Positions 1-12,902 of a DNA stretch of 64,000 nt are shown one piece after another. How positions within the stretch are numbered: position 1 is the first letter of the stretch; the number at the start of each line of letters is the position of its first letter. Source of the DNA: Octopus sinensis (Eukaryota); NCBI RefSeq assembly GCF_006345805.1, contig NC_043004.1, positions 28,768,001 to 28,832,000 on the forward strand, read 5' to 3'. A program made the translations under genes and the position numbers. Below the pieces are notes generated by a model, which worked only from the letters and a program-made list of their open reading frames with translations, was not told where the DNA came from and made no database searches.

Positions 1-1307
1 CAGCTGCAATTTCCATTGATGTTGATCAACTTCGATTTTGGTTCTGCTTTCTGATATCTGATTTGATTTGGTTTGATTTTGATTTTGATTTTCACTTGCC
101 TCAAAGAGTCTTCACAAGTGGAGTTTTGTGTCCCAAGAAGGAAAGGTATGTATAAGTCGACTGGCTACATACCAAGCAGAGGCCACGGGTTATGGTCTCA
201 CTAGTCTTCTCACGCACAGCATACTTCCAGAGGTCTCGGTCTCTAGTCATTTCCTTGGTGAGACCTAAAGTTCGAAGGTCGTGCTTCACCACCTCGTCCC
301 AGGTTTTCCTGGGTCTACCTCTTCCACAGGTTCCCTCAGCTTCTAGGGTGTGGCACTTTTGCACGCAACTATCTTCAGCCATTCTCGTCACATGACCATA
401 CCAGCGCAAACGTCTCTCTTGCACACCACAACTGATGCTTCTTAGGTCCAACTTTTCTCTCAAGGTACTTACACTCTGTCGATTATGAACACTGACATTA
501 CACATCCATCGGAGCATACTGGCTTCATTTCTTGCGAGCTTACGCATATCCTCAGCAGTCACAGCCCCTGTTTCACTACCATGTAGCATGGCTGTACGTA
601 CACATGCATCATACAGTCTGCCTTTTACTCTGAGCGAGAGGCCTTTTGTCACCAGCAGGGGTAAGAGCTCTCTAAACTTTGCCCAGGCTATTCTTACTCT
701 AGCAGTTACACTTTCAGCACACCCACCCCCGCTACTGACTTGGTCACCTAGGTAGCGGAAGCTATCCACTACTTGTTTTTCTCCCTGGAACGTGGTAGAA
801 GTTGGTCTCTGCACATTTTCAGCGTTTATTGCTCCTGAGCATCTGCCAGACAAAATCTATTTTCCTAGTTAGCCTTCCTTTGACATTGCTACACCTCTTA
901 TGTGTCCATAGCTTACACTTGGTGCACCTTGTAGAGTTTCTACCTACGCCTTTTTTACAGATCGAGCAGGACCATCTACCTGAAGGCGTTTGTGATTGGT
1001 CTAGATTCCTACTTATTAGGACTTTGGTTTTGGCTAGGTTGATTCTAAGGCCCTTCGATTCTAAACCTTGCTTCCACACCTGAAACTTCTCCTCCAGTTC
1101 TGATAGTGACTCAGCAATTAGAGCAAGGTCATCAGCATAGAGGAGCTCCCAGAGGCATCCTGTCTTGAATTCCTCCATTATTGCCTGGAGGACTATGATA
1201 AATAGGAGGGGACTGAGGACTGAACCTTGGTGGACCCCAACCTCTACCTGGAATTCTTCACTGTACTCGTTGCCAACCCTCACCTTACTAGCAGCGTCTC
1301 TGTACAA
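1..1307 (-). mobile_element. RTE-clade LINE, 5'-truncated, RT C-half plus ORF end and start of 3'UTR, one frameshift
   Basis: GVHQGSVLSPLLF, LLYADDL, FRYLGD and [12 protein letters not shown] motifs in ORFs 819..1307 and 101..853. Confidence 0.93.
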
Positions 1308-1399
1308 TGAAAATTGCCCTGGCTGGTTGCCATTTTGCCACTGACAATGACGTCATAGACACTGTAGGAAGTTCCTTAGAGTCTCAAACAAAAGAGTTT

Positions 1400-1542
1400 C
1401 TCTATGTCAGGATAATGGTGCTTCAGCACCACTGGAGAAAGTGTTCAGCCATCAAAGGGGACTATGTTGAAAAATAAATCATCAGAAGTCTTGTACTATG
1501 TTTTGTTTTTTTGAGGCTCAAGACTTTTCAGACACTCCTCGT
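1400..1542 (+). mobile_element. mariner 3' end remnant
   Basis: KGDYVEK* (aaaggggactatgttgaaaaataa), then a TIR-like gacttttcagacactcctcg followed by (TA)n. Confidence 0.7.
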
Positions 1543-1689
1543 ATATATATATATATATATATATACATCTATCTTTTAAATTTGTTTAAAGGAAACGCTT
1601 TGAATATGCAAATAAAGCACCTGTTCCATTACGCCAGCCACAGTCTAATGATGCCGACTGATGAACCAGCTTTTTGAGGTTCCACCAAG

Positions 1690-2200
1690 CTGTACCAATA
1701 TAATTTATCCATTCTGAAGTTTGTCCATCACCATTTTACATTATTCACAAAAGAATCTCACCTTTTGTTGTATGCCCCTCTGTCCTCACCGTTTTGAGTC
1801 TCCTGAAATCAGCTTTTACCTCCTCTTCTCAGGTCTTCCTTCTACTTATCTTCATCATGATCTGTCTATTCATCGTTTATACTTTGTTGTTTTCTCAGCT
1901 CATTTGCTCATTTGTACTTGTTCATGCACAGTAACATTATATACTTCACTTCTTTCTATCCTTTTTATATCATCTGCATTCAATGTCCATGTTCCATTCT
2001 CATCTAACATCATACTTTGAACATATTCATCACTCAGAGAGAAATCCTTTATTACTAGCTGAGGTAATAGCTCCCTAAATTTTTTCCACTTCTTTCTAAC
2101 TCTGTTCACTCTGCTTTCAGAAAAACCAGTTCCACTCCTAAATATGCTGCTAAAAGTACTTTTCAGTTAGAATATACCAAAGTTGCCCAAGTATCCATTT
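1690..2200 (-). mobile_element. Old RTE LINE fragment
   Basis: WKKFRELLPQL and WTLNADDIKRIERSE, homologous to 101..853. Confidence 0.75.
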
Positions 2201-4334
2201 AATACAGAATATAACTAAGCACTGTTTTCCTCTGATAACTGGTTAACAACAGAATATCAAGTTACCAGCTGAAAGGCCCATGATTCTTAGTATCTAGTTT
2301 CATCAATTTAGATTCTGTGTTCTGGTGGATGACTTAAGACTTGCATCAATTAAGTGAAAGCACGAGCCAGTAATTCATCAATTCAAATCAATCAACTATT
2401 ATATACGTCTTTTTGCAAGAGTAATTGGTTTTCAGCCCCACCAAAATAGATCTATTTCAAAGGAGGATAAATTAATTCTTTACAATTTTAATTAAGAAAC
2501 TATGATCCAGAACAAAGTCTGGGTTCAACATTCAGTTAGTTACATTCTCCAGAAGTCAATAAACCAAGAGCACCAAACCTAATGGAAATATTCATATTTA
2601 TATTTCATGCTGACAATCCAATTTTTATGTCAGCATCCTCTAAGAAAGAGTTCCACTTGACTACAAACACACTTAAATACAACCTTTTTTTGATTTTTTA
2701 TCAGACTCTTACTAATGCAAAAACACTCAGCTATGATTTTAGACATTATGTCACCGAATTTAAGATAGAAAAATGCAACAGGTTCACTTATTGGATTTGT
2801 ACCTATCACATATCAAAGATCTCTCAGTAGGCACATTTCCCTCTTTTGTCTTAAATGGGTGATTTTAAAATTTGATATCAAATACAACTGAAATCATATA
2901 TGAAAATGTCTTGGAAAGCCTGAAATAACACCAAATAGTATCAGTTTGTTTAAAATGTTTATTCCGTTTCTGTCTTGCAAATTATGTTAACAGCCAAAAT
3001 ACATGCATGAATTAAAGGTATGTGTTCACTTTTCCATTGTGAAAAATAGAACTCCTAGTCAGAATAATGTTTATGCAAATGCACAAAATAAAATGAAAAC
3101 AAAACAAATAATTATGAAAACCATAAAACAGAGTTTTAAGGAAAAATAGGATTGTATTTGACAAAAGAAGTCAACATGAAAATTTCAGTTTCAGTTCCAA
3201 CACAAATCTTTGTATGATAAGAAAGGGAGAAAAAGAAAGTTTTGTCAGTTTCACAGCTTTTAATTGGAAATAAATGAATTTGTAATAACAATGAGTTAGT
3301 TTTATTTACAAGTTATTTAACTAACAGATGAATTTTGAATGATTTCTGTTAAACTTAGAAACAGTTTTTTCAAGAGTCATAATATCATATTTTAAATAAG
3401 TTATTAAATATAAAACTTATCTAAAATATCAAATTAAATCTCAGTGAGAAACCACATTCATATGATGAAAAGGGTTCCCACAACAGTTTTACATACCTGT
3501 AAATTCCACAAATTGTTTACCTTTAAACAAAGAATATTTCTTACTCAGGTGAAATATAAAGCAAAAAGGTTTTCGTTTTTAGAAATTAAAAAAAAAATAC
3601 TGAAATTATTTAGTGAATTAATAATAAGGATATGTGATTGTACATATTATCCTGATAATTTAAGAATTTGGAAACTGAACATGACAACTGCTTTGTTAGG
3701 AGAATGAGAAAATATATTTCTCTTGTAGTCAAGAAGATAAATATTGAAGCACTTACATATAATGTAAGCAGTTAAATTCAGAGGTTACTGAAACAAAACA
3801 TAAGTAAATGGGCAGACCATTTTTCAACAACCTGGAAAAGTGTTAACACACATCTCACAATGACATACATTTTCCACTCATACACACATCTATTTTCCGA
3901 TATTTACAAAGAAGAGCACAAGCCATTGTTAATTAACAGAAGAAAAAAATTAGATTATTTGGTATATAAAATGGAAAAATGAATTTATGCTGTTCATAGG
4001 ATTTTCTCTCATTTACCAACCACTGTTTCACCTGTTAATCAAAAATATATCCTTTGTATTGACTGCTGTCATCTTAGTTCTGCAAACACCTGAGCAATGG
4101 AGACATTATATTCTCAATGAAATGGCAAGTTTCCCATCACAGAGTTTTGCGGTTACAAGCAGACACATATCTTTTTCAACATAAAAATATACACAATGTT
4201 TACACAGCATCCAGTGGCTAAAGTTTGTGCATGATAATCTTCATTGGCATTATAATGGCAGCTGTCATTGTGCAAATTCTATTTTTATTTTTGTCCTCCA
4301 TTAGTTATTTCTCCTGACTTCAAACCTCACACTT

Positions 4335-5393
4335 CTAACTAACACTAGCTATCTCTGTCTTTGATGCATTTCCATTCATTTTTATTGATTTCTCCTTATT
4401 AACATCTCCAGTGCCATCTCTTTTATTAGATCGAGCTGTAGGTCCTGTGCATGGATCAACAATTTTATTACCATTGATCATAGTTTCTAGTTGTTTCTTA
4501 TTGTCAAGTTTCTGGCAGAATGTATTTTCTTGTTTAGACATTCCTTTTGAAGTTACTCTGCAGTGACTTGAGCATCCTTGTATAGGTTTACTAGCAGAAG
4601 AAACAGCAACACTTTTTTGATTACCATTAGTTTGGAAACATTTTTGTGGAATATTTTGTGGCATCTTCTGCCAATTATCTTGAGAATTCTTCGGTCCATA
4701 GTTGTGAGTAACCTTTATTGAATTAGTTTGCATTACACATTGTGCATTAGTTTGGTTTACTTTTGGAAGTGACATTTCGTTGTTTTGGGGAAAGTTACTC
4801 GGTTGAAATTTCTGAAGTTGTGATGTCCTTTGCATAAGCACAGGCAGAGGTTTCTGAAAATTTGCAATGGACATTCTTTGAGGATTGAGTGATACAGAAT
4901 TAGGTAAAGATTTGGGAGCTATAACTTGAGGTCTTTGAAAGATTTCAGGGGGTTTGGGTGCAATAAGCTGAGGTGTTTTGAGAGTTTGCAAAGTTTTCTG
5001 ATTATGACTATGTTTAGTTGAAGGTGGTGGTTGAGTAGGTTTGTGAAATACAGCATTATCACTGCATGGCCTCATTACAGAGCTGCTATTGGTTGTTGTT
5101 TCAGTGCAGCTAGCATTGGTACGTACAGTAGTTGTGACAACAGTGGTAGTAGTTGGTGTTGGAGTGGTCAATTGAACAGTAGTGGCAGTAGGTGTTAAGA
5201 CAGTTGAAGTTTTTGTCACATGTGGAACAGCTGCTGTAGTATTTGTTACAGTGTTAGTGACACTAGTAGTGGACACTGACAGCTTCAGTTTTTCTTTCAC
5301 ACTTCTGTTTTCAGAGACAGTTTCTGTGTTAGACAGTTTTGGTTTCTTAGCACTATTTTCAAACACAGAATAGAAGAGTCGCAATGGAGCATT
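4335..5393 (-). CDS. BMI1: BMI1-like terminal exon: NAPLRLFY plus a long T/P/Q/N/K-rich disordered C-terminal region
   Basis: Acceptor cttttgcag; open for 352 codons to TAG at 4337-4335; ORF track 4335..5441. Confidence 0.9.
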   Translation of the reverse strand, partial: NAPLRLFYSVFENSAKKPKLSNTETVSENRSVKEKLKLSVSTTSVTNTVTNTTAAVPHVTKTSTVLTPTATTVQLTTPTPTTTTVVTTTVRTNASCTETTTNSSSVMRPCSDNAVFHKPTQPPPSTKHSHNQKTLQTLKTPQLIAPKPPEIFQRPQVIAPKSLPNSVSLNPQRMSIANFQKPLPVLMQRTSQLQKFQPSNFPQNNEMSLPKVNQTNAQCVMQTNSIKVTHNYGPKNSQDNWQKMPQNIPQKCFQTNGNQKSVAVSSASKPIQGCSSHCRVTSKGMSKQENTFCQKLDNKKQLETMINGNKIVDPCTGPTARSNKRDGTGDVNKEKSIKMNGNASKTEIASVS

Positions 5394-8300
5394 CTGCAAA
5401 AGACATTTCAGTAACATATTAATCATAAATGCCAAGTTCAATCACAGATTGCTTAAAAATTTTTTAAATGGATTAAAACACACAATTCTGTCTTTCACAA
5501 AGCAATCAGATAAACATCACAAATACCATTAAATATCAAAAGTAGCTCACTTTCCTTAAAATATCAAACAAGCTAGAAACTGAATCCACAATTTATTATA
5601 GTTACAGAATGTAATTTATCGGCTTTAATCTAACAAAGCTATATGAGATTAATGAAACACAGAGTAATTACCTATAAATTCTGTATACTAGTGACAATGT
5701 TAACTTTAATCACTTCAACCAATGTGACATTGTATTGAAAATCTTAGTATAAGTTTATGAGTTCACTATGGCAGGATTTTCACTCAAAACACATACTACT
5801 AAATAACACTAATTTAAACATTCTACATCAGCATTCAGCTACTGTACTTTATTTCATAAAACTGAAATACACTTCAGATGCTGACTTCCTGCCAAGTTAG
5901 AACAGTGGACCGAAGCCTATAATATATATATATATATTGTAGCTTGATCTTCCACAAATAGCAGCTAAATTCCTACATAATATTCTCTACTATCTTTACA
6001 GCTTAATGTTGTAACCTTGAATATACTCTGCCTGAAAAGCAAAAGTACAAAATGGCCATTGCTAAAATGGCTTTCATCACAGATTTACATATCAGTTTCA
6101 ATTTCACTGATCTCAGGAGGCCTATAAACAGTGGTGGACTGGCCAGGTTGCCGATTTGCCTGATGGCAAGTGGGACCCTGCAACATTAGAATCCATATAT
6201 GGGGGCCCATTCCCTCAAGTTTGAGAATTTTTTATTCACTCCTGGAAGAATGCATTAATTGTTTCAGCCTGGCTGTGTTTGTAGACAGTTGAAAAGAATA
6301 CTTTTAACAAAAAAAAAAATAAAATAAAAAATAAATGATAGCATTGTAGTTGCAAGTGGGACCCCTTAGTCTCCTGGCAAGACCCAGCCCACCACTGCCT
6401 ATAAAGGTTATAAGTACAGTTGCTTCCTCTAGGCTAAACTATTAAAAACATGTTAAAACAATTATAGAGAATGGTTATAGAAACTTACCCGTCTCCAGGT
6501 ATAAATGTAAGCAATATCAATCAAAGTGTAGTTGTCTTTCAGTGGTTCATCAGAATGAAATATGTGAATCTGCGCAGACAAGCAATTATCATTAGAAACA
6601 GTGAAGATAGAATGAAGACCATCAAAAACAAAAGAGCACAAAACTTTGTAGACAAACTAAAAACAAAACATTCCTTATTTCTTGGCTGTTGATCTCTCAT
6701 TATTGCTGTTATTTTTTTTTCCATTTCTTCAACCAACAAAAAAATTGGTAAAAAGGAGATGGCCAAATAAATATGGTATAGAAATGCCAGTTTTTAATAT
6801 TAATAATACAAACAATGCTAAAAAAGCAATACAGATATATTAATCACTATCATGATTGATTACATTGGGGAACATGGTTTTCATTATCTGGTGTTGGAGG
6901 CATATCCGCAGGTAATTTTGGAGTTGCTGATTTCAAAAATGAAATCCATTTTGCTCTATCATATCAATATTTTTACAAACTCAAATATCTATTTTGCAAC
7001 ATTTCCAGTATTGTAACCATTTTAAAAAATAGATATGAGTTCATCAAATGCAAACCCATGTATAGAGATTGACATAACTTTGAAACATAGTTTTTCAATA
7101 TTGTTTAAAGTAAATGCAATTACAAAAAGTGTTGAGGAAAGATTCCAACCACCCCCAAGTAACTAAAAGTGGACTGATATATTACTCTAAAATAAAGAAC
7201 TGTCAGTAGTTCAGGGTAAGAAGTTCACTGTGAGCCACTGGCAGAGAGCATTTAACCTTGTGTAACAGTAATCATTGAGCATTGTGTGACGTTCCCTGTT
7301 CAATACTTGCTGGCAATGTATAAATATGGTCTAAAAAGATGAAGAATTTGTCACCTATGCAGGGGTTGTTAACCCCAGATATGTTTAAATGTCTAATTTT
7401 TGTTCAAGGGCTAACTGCAAGCAAAGGTGCAGATATAGGTTGCCAGATATTAACAAAATTAGAACAGGACCAAAAATTAACTCTACAGGCAGTAGCAGAA
7501 GAATGCCGGAAGATTACAAATCTAAGATATGACACAGATAAAACTGAAGAGAAAGATTGCTCTCATATTCATGTGTCAATCGGTAATGGACAAGAAAAAA
7601 GGAGAAAAATGTCAAAACTGAATCCATGTTATGGGTGCAGTGGTCTACATGTTTAAAGTAACTGTTTAAAAATATAAAATGCTTCAAGTGTGGTAAGATA
7701 GATCATAAAAAATCATACTGTAAAACAAAAGCTAAAAAACAGTTCAACTGAAAAAATCACGTAAACAGGTTATTGGTGACAAGAAATATGAACAACCCTC
7801 AAAGGAAATTTGTGTATGTAAAAATTAGCGACACAAACATAAAGTTACAATTGGATACGGGCAGTGATATCTTGATAATGCAGATACATGGAAAAAAATC
7901 TGGGGACCTAGATTAAAAGAAACTTTGAAAATTGCATGTGGTATTTCAGGAAAAAAATTACATTTTAAGGGCAAAATGATAAATGGCATTACATTTTGAG
8001 GAAATATCTTAAAAGCCAAAGTTTTTGTGTTGAATAATACAACAAATTTATTCAGAACAGACTGGATACAATTATTTAACTTATGGGACCTACCTATAAA
8101 TTTTTTCTGTAAAAATGTGAATGATTTTTCTGCTGGAACAAATAAGTTGTCAGACGAATTAAAATAAAAAATTTAAAACGATTTTTCCTGAAGTTTTGTC
8201 TGATGAATTAAGTCTGTGCGCCAAAACAAAGGTGACTTTTCAAGTAAAAGAAAATGCTATACCGATATTTAAACCAAAACAAACTGTACTTTTCACAGTG

Positions 8301-11300
8301 TTGAAACAAGTCAATGAAGAATTGGATAGTCTTGAAAAGCGTGGAGTTGAAAAAATTGATTATGCTGAATGGGCATCCCCAACAGTTTATATGAAGGAAA
8401 AAAAACCCAATAAAATCCAGGTATGCGCGAATTATCTAACTGTTTTAAATGAGTGTTTGATGACACATAATAACCCACTAGAAAGTGCAGAAGAAATTTT
8501 TGCAAACTTGAATGGAGGAAAATTTTTTTTGAAGTTGGATTTATCTGAAGTATATGTGCATGTAAGTTGAAGAGTGTTCAAAATTATCAACAATAAACAC
8601 TCATAAAGGATTAGATGAATTTAATAGACTTCTTTTGGTATAAAGTTAACACTGGGTATTTTCCAACAAGTCATGGATACTATGCTTGCTGGTTCGGATT
8701 TCATGATAGCCTACTTGGATGAAGTACTCATAAAAAGCATATCCAGGGACCAGCATGTTGAACATGTAAAATATGTAAAGTGTGAGATTTAGAAATGTAT
8801 TATTTCTATTTTCAAAAATTGGTGAATGCAATTCACTTGAAATATATGTTTTCAAAGGAGGATAGACATTGACAGCTAGCAAGCCATGCTACTCCAGACT
8901 GATGATGAGCAATGACTCTGAAACTAGTCCCTGGTTGCTGGCTTTGCAGGGTGGAGGTGCTTGCCTCCACTTTGAAAACATAAGGACACAAGAAATGTGT
9001 CAAGTCCAACAGGAAACAGTAGCATCCTTCCCTTTCATGGGACTGTCACATTAAGTTGACAACATACTATCACTTTATCATGTTGCTACTGTATAATTCT
9101 CTCTGAGAGATTTAGAAATGTGTTATTTCTATGTAAAATATGTGTTTGAAAAAATAGCTTCACTTTGAGTGAGGAGACGTGTGAATTCTTACCTAAAATA
9201 AAATATTTAGAGCAAATCATTGGTAAAAATGGACATCAACTAGTTCCATCAAGGGCAGATACAATTAACAATATGGCTCCTCCAACAAATGTATCTACCT
9301 TACAAGTTTTTTGGGGACTGACAAACTGTTACCAAAATTATATACCAAATATGCCTAAGGTAAGAGCTCCACTAAATAATCTACTAAAAAAGATGCTAAG
9401 TGGAGTTGGTCTGAAAATTGTCGGAAGGCGTTTGACAAAATTAAAAAAATATCAACATCTGATTCACCCGTAGCACATTTTGATCCTGCAGTAGAGATTA
9501 TATTAGCTTCAGATGCCTCTGAGTATGGTATTGGAGCAGTAATGCAACATAAGTATAAAGATGGTAACATGAAGGCTGTGGTTCGTGCTTCCCATTCTCT
9601 GCTACCAACAGAGAAAAATTATGGCCAAATTGAAAAAAGAGGCCTTAGTGATTACTTTTACCGTAAAAAAAAAATTTTGTAGATTTTTAAATGGTAGAAA
9701 TCTTTGACTACTGACTGATCATCGTTGTTATTATGGGTCGAAGAAAAGAATCGTTACTCATACTGCTAATAGGTTGCAATACTGGGGTACTATATTACTA
9801 AACATGGATTTTAACTGGAGTATATTACCATCTAAGAAATTAGGACATGATTGTTTATGAAGACTAATTTCAAAAAATGTTGAACAGTTTGAAGACACAG
9901 TGACTGCTGTGTTGCAGAAAATGAAATTAAAAATGTTTCATGTAACATCATACATGAACTGTCAGTTACATTACAAGACATAAAATTAAAAGCAGAATAC
10001 AATCAATTCATTAAAAAAAAAAGGAAAGAAATGCTGAGGACTAAAAGAGATAAAAATAGGCATTTTTCTGAATGTGTGACATTCTCAATGCGTGACAATG
10101 TGTTGATGTAAGCACAAAGAGTTGTAGTGCCAGCCATACTACAGAAGTGATTACTAAAGGAATTTCACATTGGTCACCCAGGGATTTCGAGAATGGAATC
10201 ATTAATGAGAAGTTATGTATATTGGCCAACAATTGACCGTGACATTGAAGAACTAGTGAAAGCATGCCGAGGGTGTGCCCTAGCTGCAAAAGCACCTACC
10301 ACTAAATGGCAACCATGACCCAAAACATATTCCATGGTCCAGACTGCATGTTGATTATGCAGGCCTACTTAAGGGTTCATATTACCTTGTGGTGGACAGA
10401 ATTTCAAAGTGGCCTGAAGTGCATAAGTGTAAAAAGCCAACATCTGCAGTTACCTTAAGTTTTTTACACGAATTGTTCACCAGATATGGTATTCCTGATA
10501 CCATTGTGACTGATAATGGAACTCAGTTTACTTCAGATGAGTTCAAAAAATTTGTAAAATGATCATTATCAAGTGTGGCCACGGATAAGTAGAGCATTTT
10601 GTTGACAATTCTAAGATGCCCTTAAAAATGGCGAACAATGAAGTAATGGATGACCTTGCACTTCAACAATTTCTAAGAGTGTACTGAGTAACACCTAATC
10701 CAAATACCCTGCCTGGAATGTCACCTGTGGAATTGATGTTTGCTAGAAACATCAGATCCATCTTTGATAAGCTGATACTGAGTGAGAATAGAAAAAGGCG
10801 AACAACAAATATACTTCAGTTCGGTGACACAGTCTTTTTTAAAACCTGTAGACAACCTAAAGAAAGCTGGGAGGATGGTGTAATTATTAAACAAATTGGA
10901 AGAATGATATTCCTAGTAAAAGGAAAAAATGTCGAACATAAAAGACATACAAACCAACTTACGAATGGAAACGCTGGAATTGAACCCTAAGCATAAGAGA
11001 TATTAAAACTCTGAGTGGAGTTTAATTCTAAAAAGGGGAGATGCTGTGGAAGGATTCTGACACCCCCAAGTGACTAAAAGTGGACTGGCACATTGCTATA
11101 AAATAAAGAACTGTCAGCAGTTCAATGTGAGCTGCTGTCAGAGAGCATTTAACCTTGTGTAACATTAATTGTAGTGCATTATGTGAACACCTTTTTTCCA
11201 CTTCATTAAATTATTTATCCAACACCAAGATATTAAAAAAAAAAGTTGAAACAAAAATATCTTCAGTAAATAAAAAGCATTGAACTTGAGCAACTTTCAC

Positions 11301-12859
11301 TATTTTCAATCTAACCAGTTGTAAATGTCATGATGTTAATATGAGACACATATGATGATGTCCTTGACATTATGATTTCCCCAAGTGACAACTGGCTTGA
11401 AAATATGCTTTGTATTTCAGAAATATGGCCAGTTGCGAAAGAAGAAAATGTTAAAACAGTCTCAATGTCTTCTACTATATTTGTGGATGTTACGCTTTAC
11501 CTAGGCAGTGAAACAAAATCACTAATTTTGTGAAGAGAGCTTACCAAACTTACTTTGGTATAAAACTGGGCAAACAAGACAAAGCCTGGGTATCGCCATG
11601 TTGAAACAGTGAGACAGAGACTGCTTCAAATAGACAAGCTGGAAGTTTCCAGCTTTGTCTCTTGGTAAAATTAAGTTTGGTGTGTTTGACAGGTCACAGA
11701 TTACATGGTTACTGGAGGATGAGCAGTTTTTATAAACCATGTCAGGCACCAAAAAACTAGCATGGAATGCTTTTGCTGTAGTTGTGATTTTTTTGGGAGA
11801 CAGGAGGTCATCAAATTATGAAGAACTTCTGCAGACCCTGTTAGCCAGTGTTTGAGCACCAAGCTGCAATATGAGTGCAAAAATGCATTTCATGCACTAT
11901 CATCTGGACTACTTTCCTGAAAATTATAATACAATAAGTGATGAGCAAGGAGAAAGATTCCACCAAGACATTGTGACTATGAAGACGAGGTATCAAGGTA
12001 GGTGGAACACAAACATGATGGCTGATTACTGCTGGCCACTGCTAAGAGACTGTTGTGATGCAAGTTATTCACACAAAGTAGCAAAGAGAAAGTTCATGCC
12101 TTGAATAACAGAAACTCCAGTTTGACAGAAATAGCTATCCAAAGATGTGTAATTAAACACTTTGTGTAATATATTTGTTAAACAATAAAAAGTACTATTT
12201 AGTTTGCGTTAGTTTCTTATTTTAGTATTGCATTTAATGTCAAAATTGACATTTTATGATAAAAATTGAATTCCTGTTCAACGAAAGACTTGACTTGATA
12301 GAAATGTTCTGATGGCATCTCTCGACCCAGCTCCATCAAAGTAAGTAGGACTAATTGTAAAAAAGAAGACAACTAAAAACATTTTAAAATGTTCTCTAAT
12401 ATTATCAATAAGATAATAAAAGCAGATGAGCAGCCCTATTACTCACAGACAACAACACAATTGTGCTTATTCAGCTGTAAAAAAAAAGACTTGACATGAT
12501 AGAAGAAAAGTGATTGTAGTTTTGCTTTCAAAACATGGAGTAAATGAAATAGGGACAACTGAAGAAGGGGAATATTCTTTATGTTGTATGTCTCTTTTCT
12601 CTGTTTTTCTCATTGTCCGTAAAAAAGTTCGTTTCTATGTATTTGTTTTTATGTTTTCGTTTCTCATTGTGTTCAACGTTTTTTTGATGTCCTGTACCCA
12701 TATATGCATGTATATATACATATATATGTAGGTATGTACATATATGTATGCATATATGCATATATTTATATATTATTTATATTATTATATGATCGAACGC
12801 CACGCATCCTTTCCCAAGTAAGTTTTATATATATATACATACATATATGAATATATATT

Positions 12860-12902
<43 letters not shown>

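Larger units (their letters stand above)
7130..11224 (+). mobile_element. Gypsy (Mag-like) LTR retrotransposon, degenerate
   Basis: Partial 5' LTR 7130-~7290 and 3' LTR 11042-11224 (element termini TGTTG..CAACA); PPT aaaaaggggaga; gag [12 protein letters not shown], protease QLDTGSD, RT WASPTV and KLDLSE, RNase H LASDAS, integrase LHVDYAG and IVTDNGTQF; many stops. Confidence 0.93.
6863..12401 (+). mobile_element. Chapaev3-like (CMC) DNA transposon, internally deleted, split by a Gypsy insertion
   Basis: Termini cattggggaaca / tgttctctaata with a 3 bp TTA TSD; transposase relics [28 protein letters not shown] (~11465-11600) and [36 protein letters not shown] (11871-12104). Confidence 0.8.

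Noticed and set aside
5394-5441. N-terminal part of the 368 aa ORF as a stand-alone gene start
   Set aside because: This part is intronic; the acceptor at 5394/5393 joins NAPLRLF to the preceding TWRR exon
6530-6556. ctgatga..gaaa on the minus strand as a second hammerhead
   Set aside because: No stem II or stem I; it is BMI1 coding sequence (SDEPLKD)
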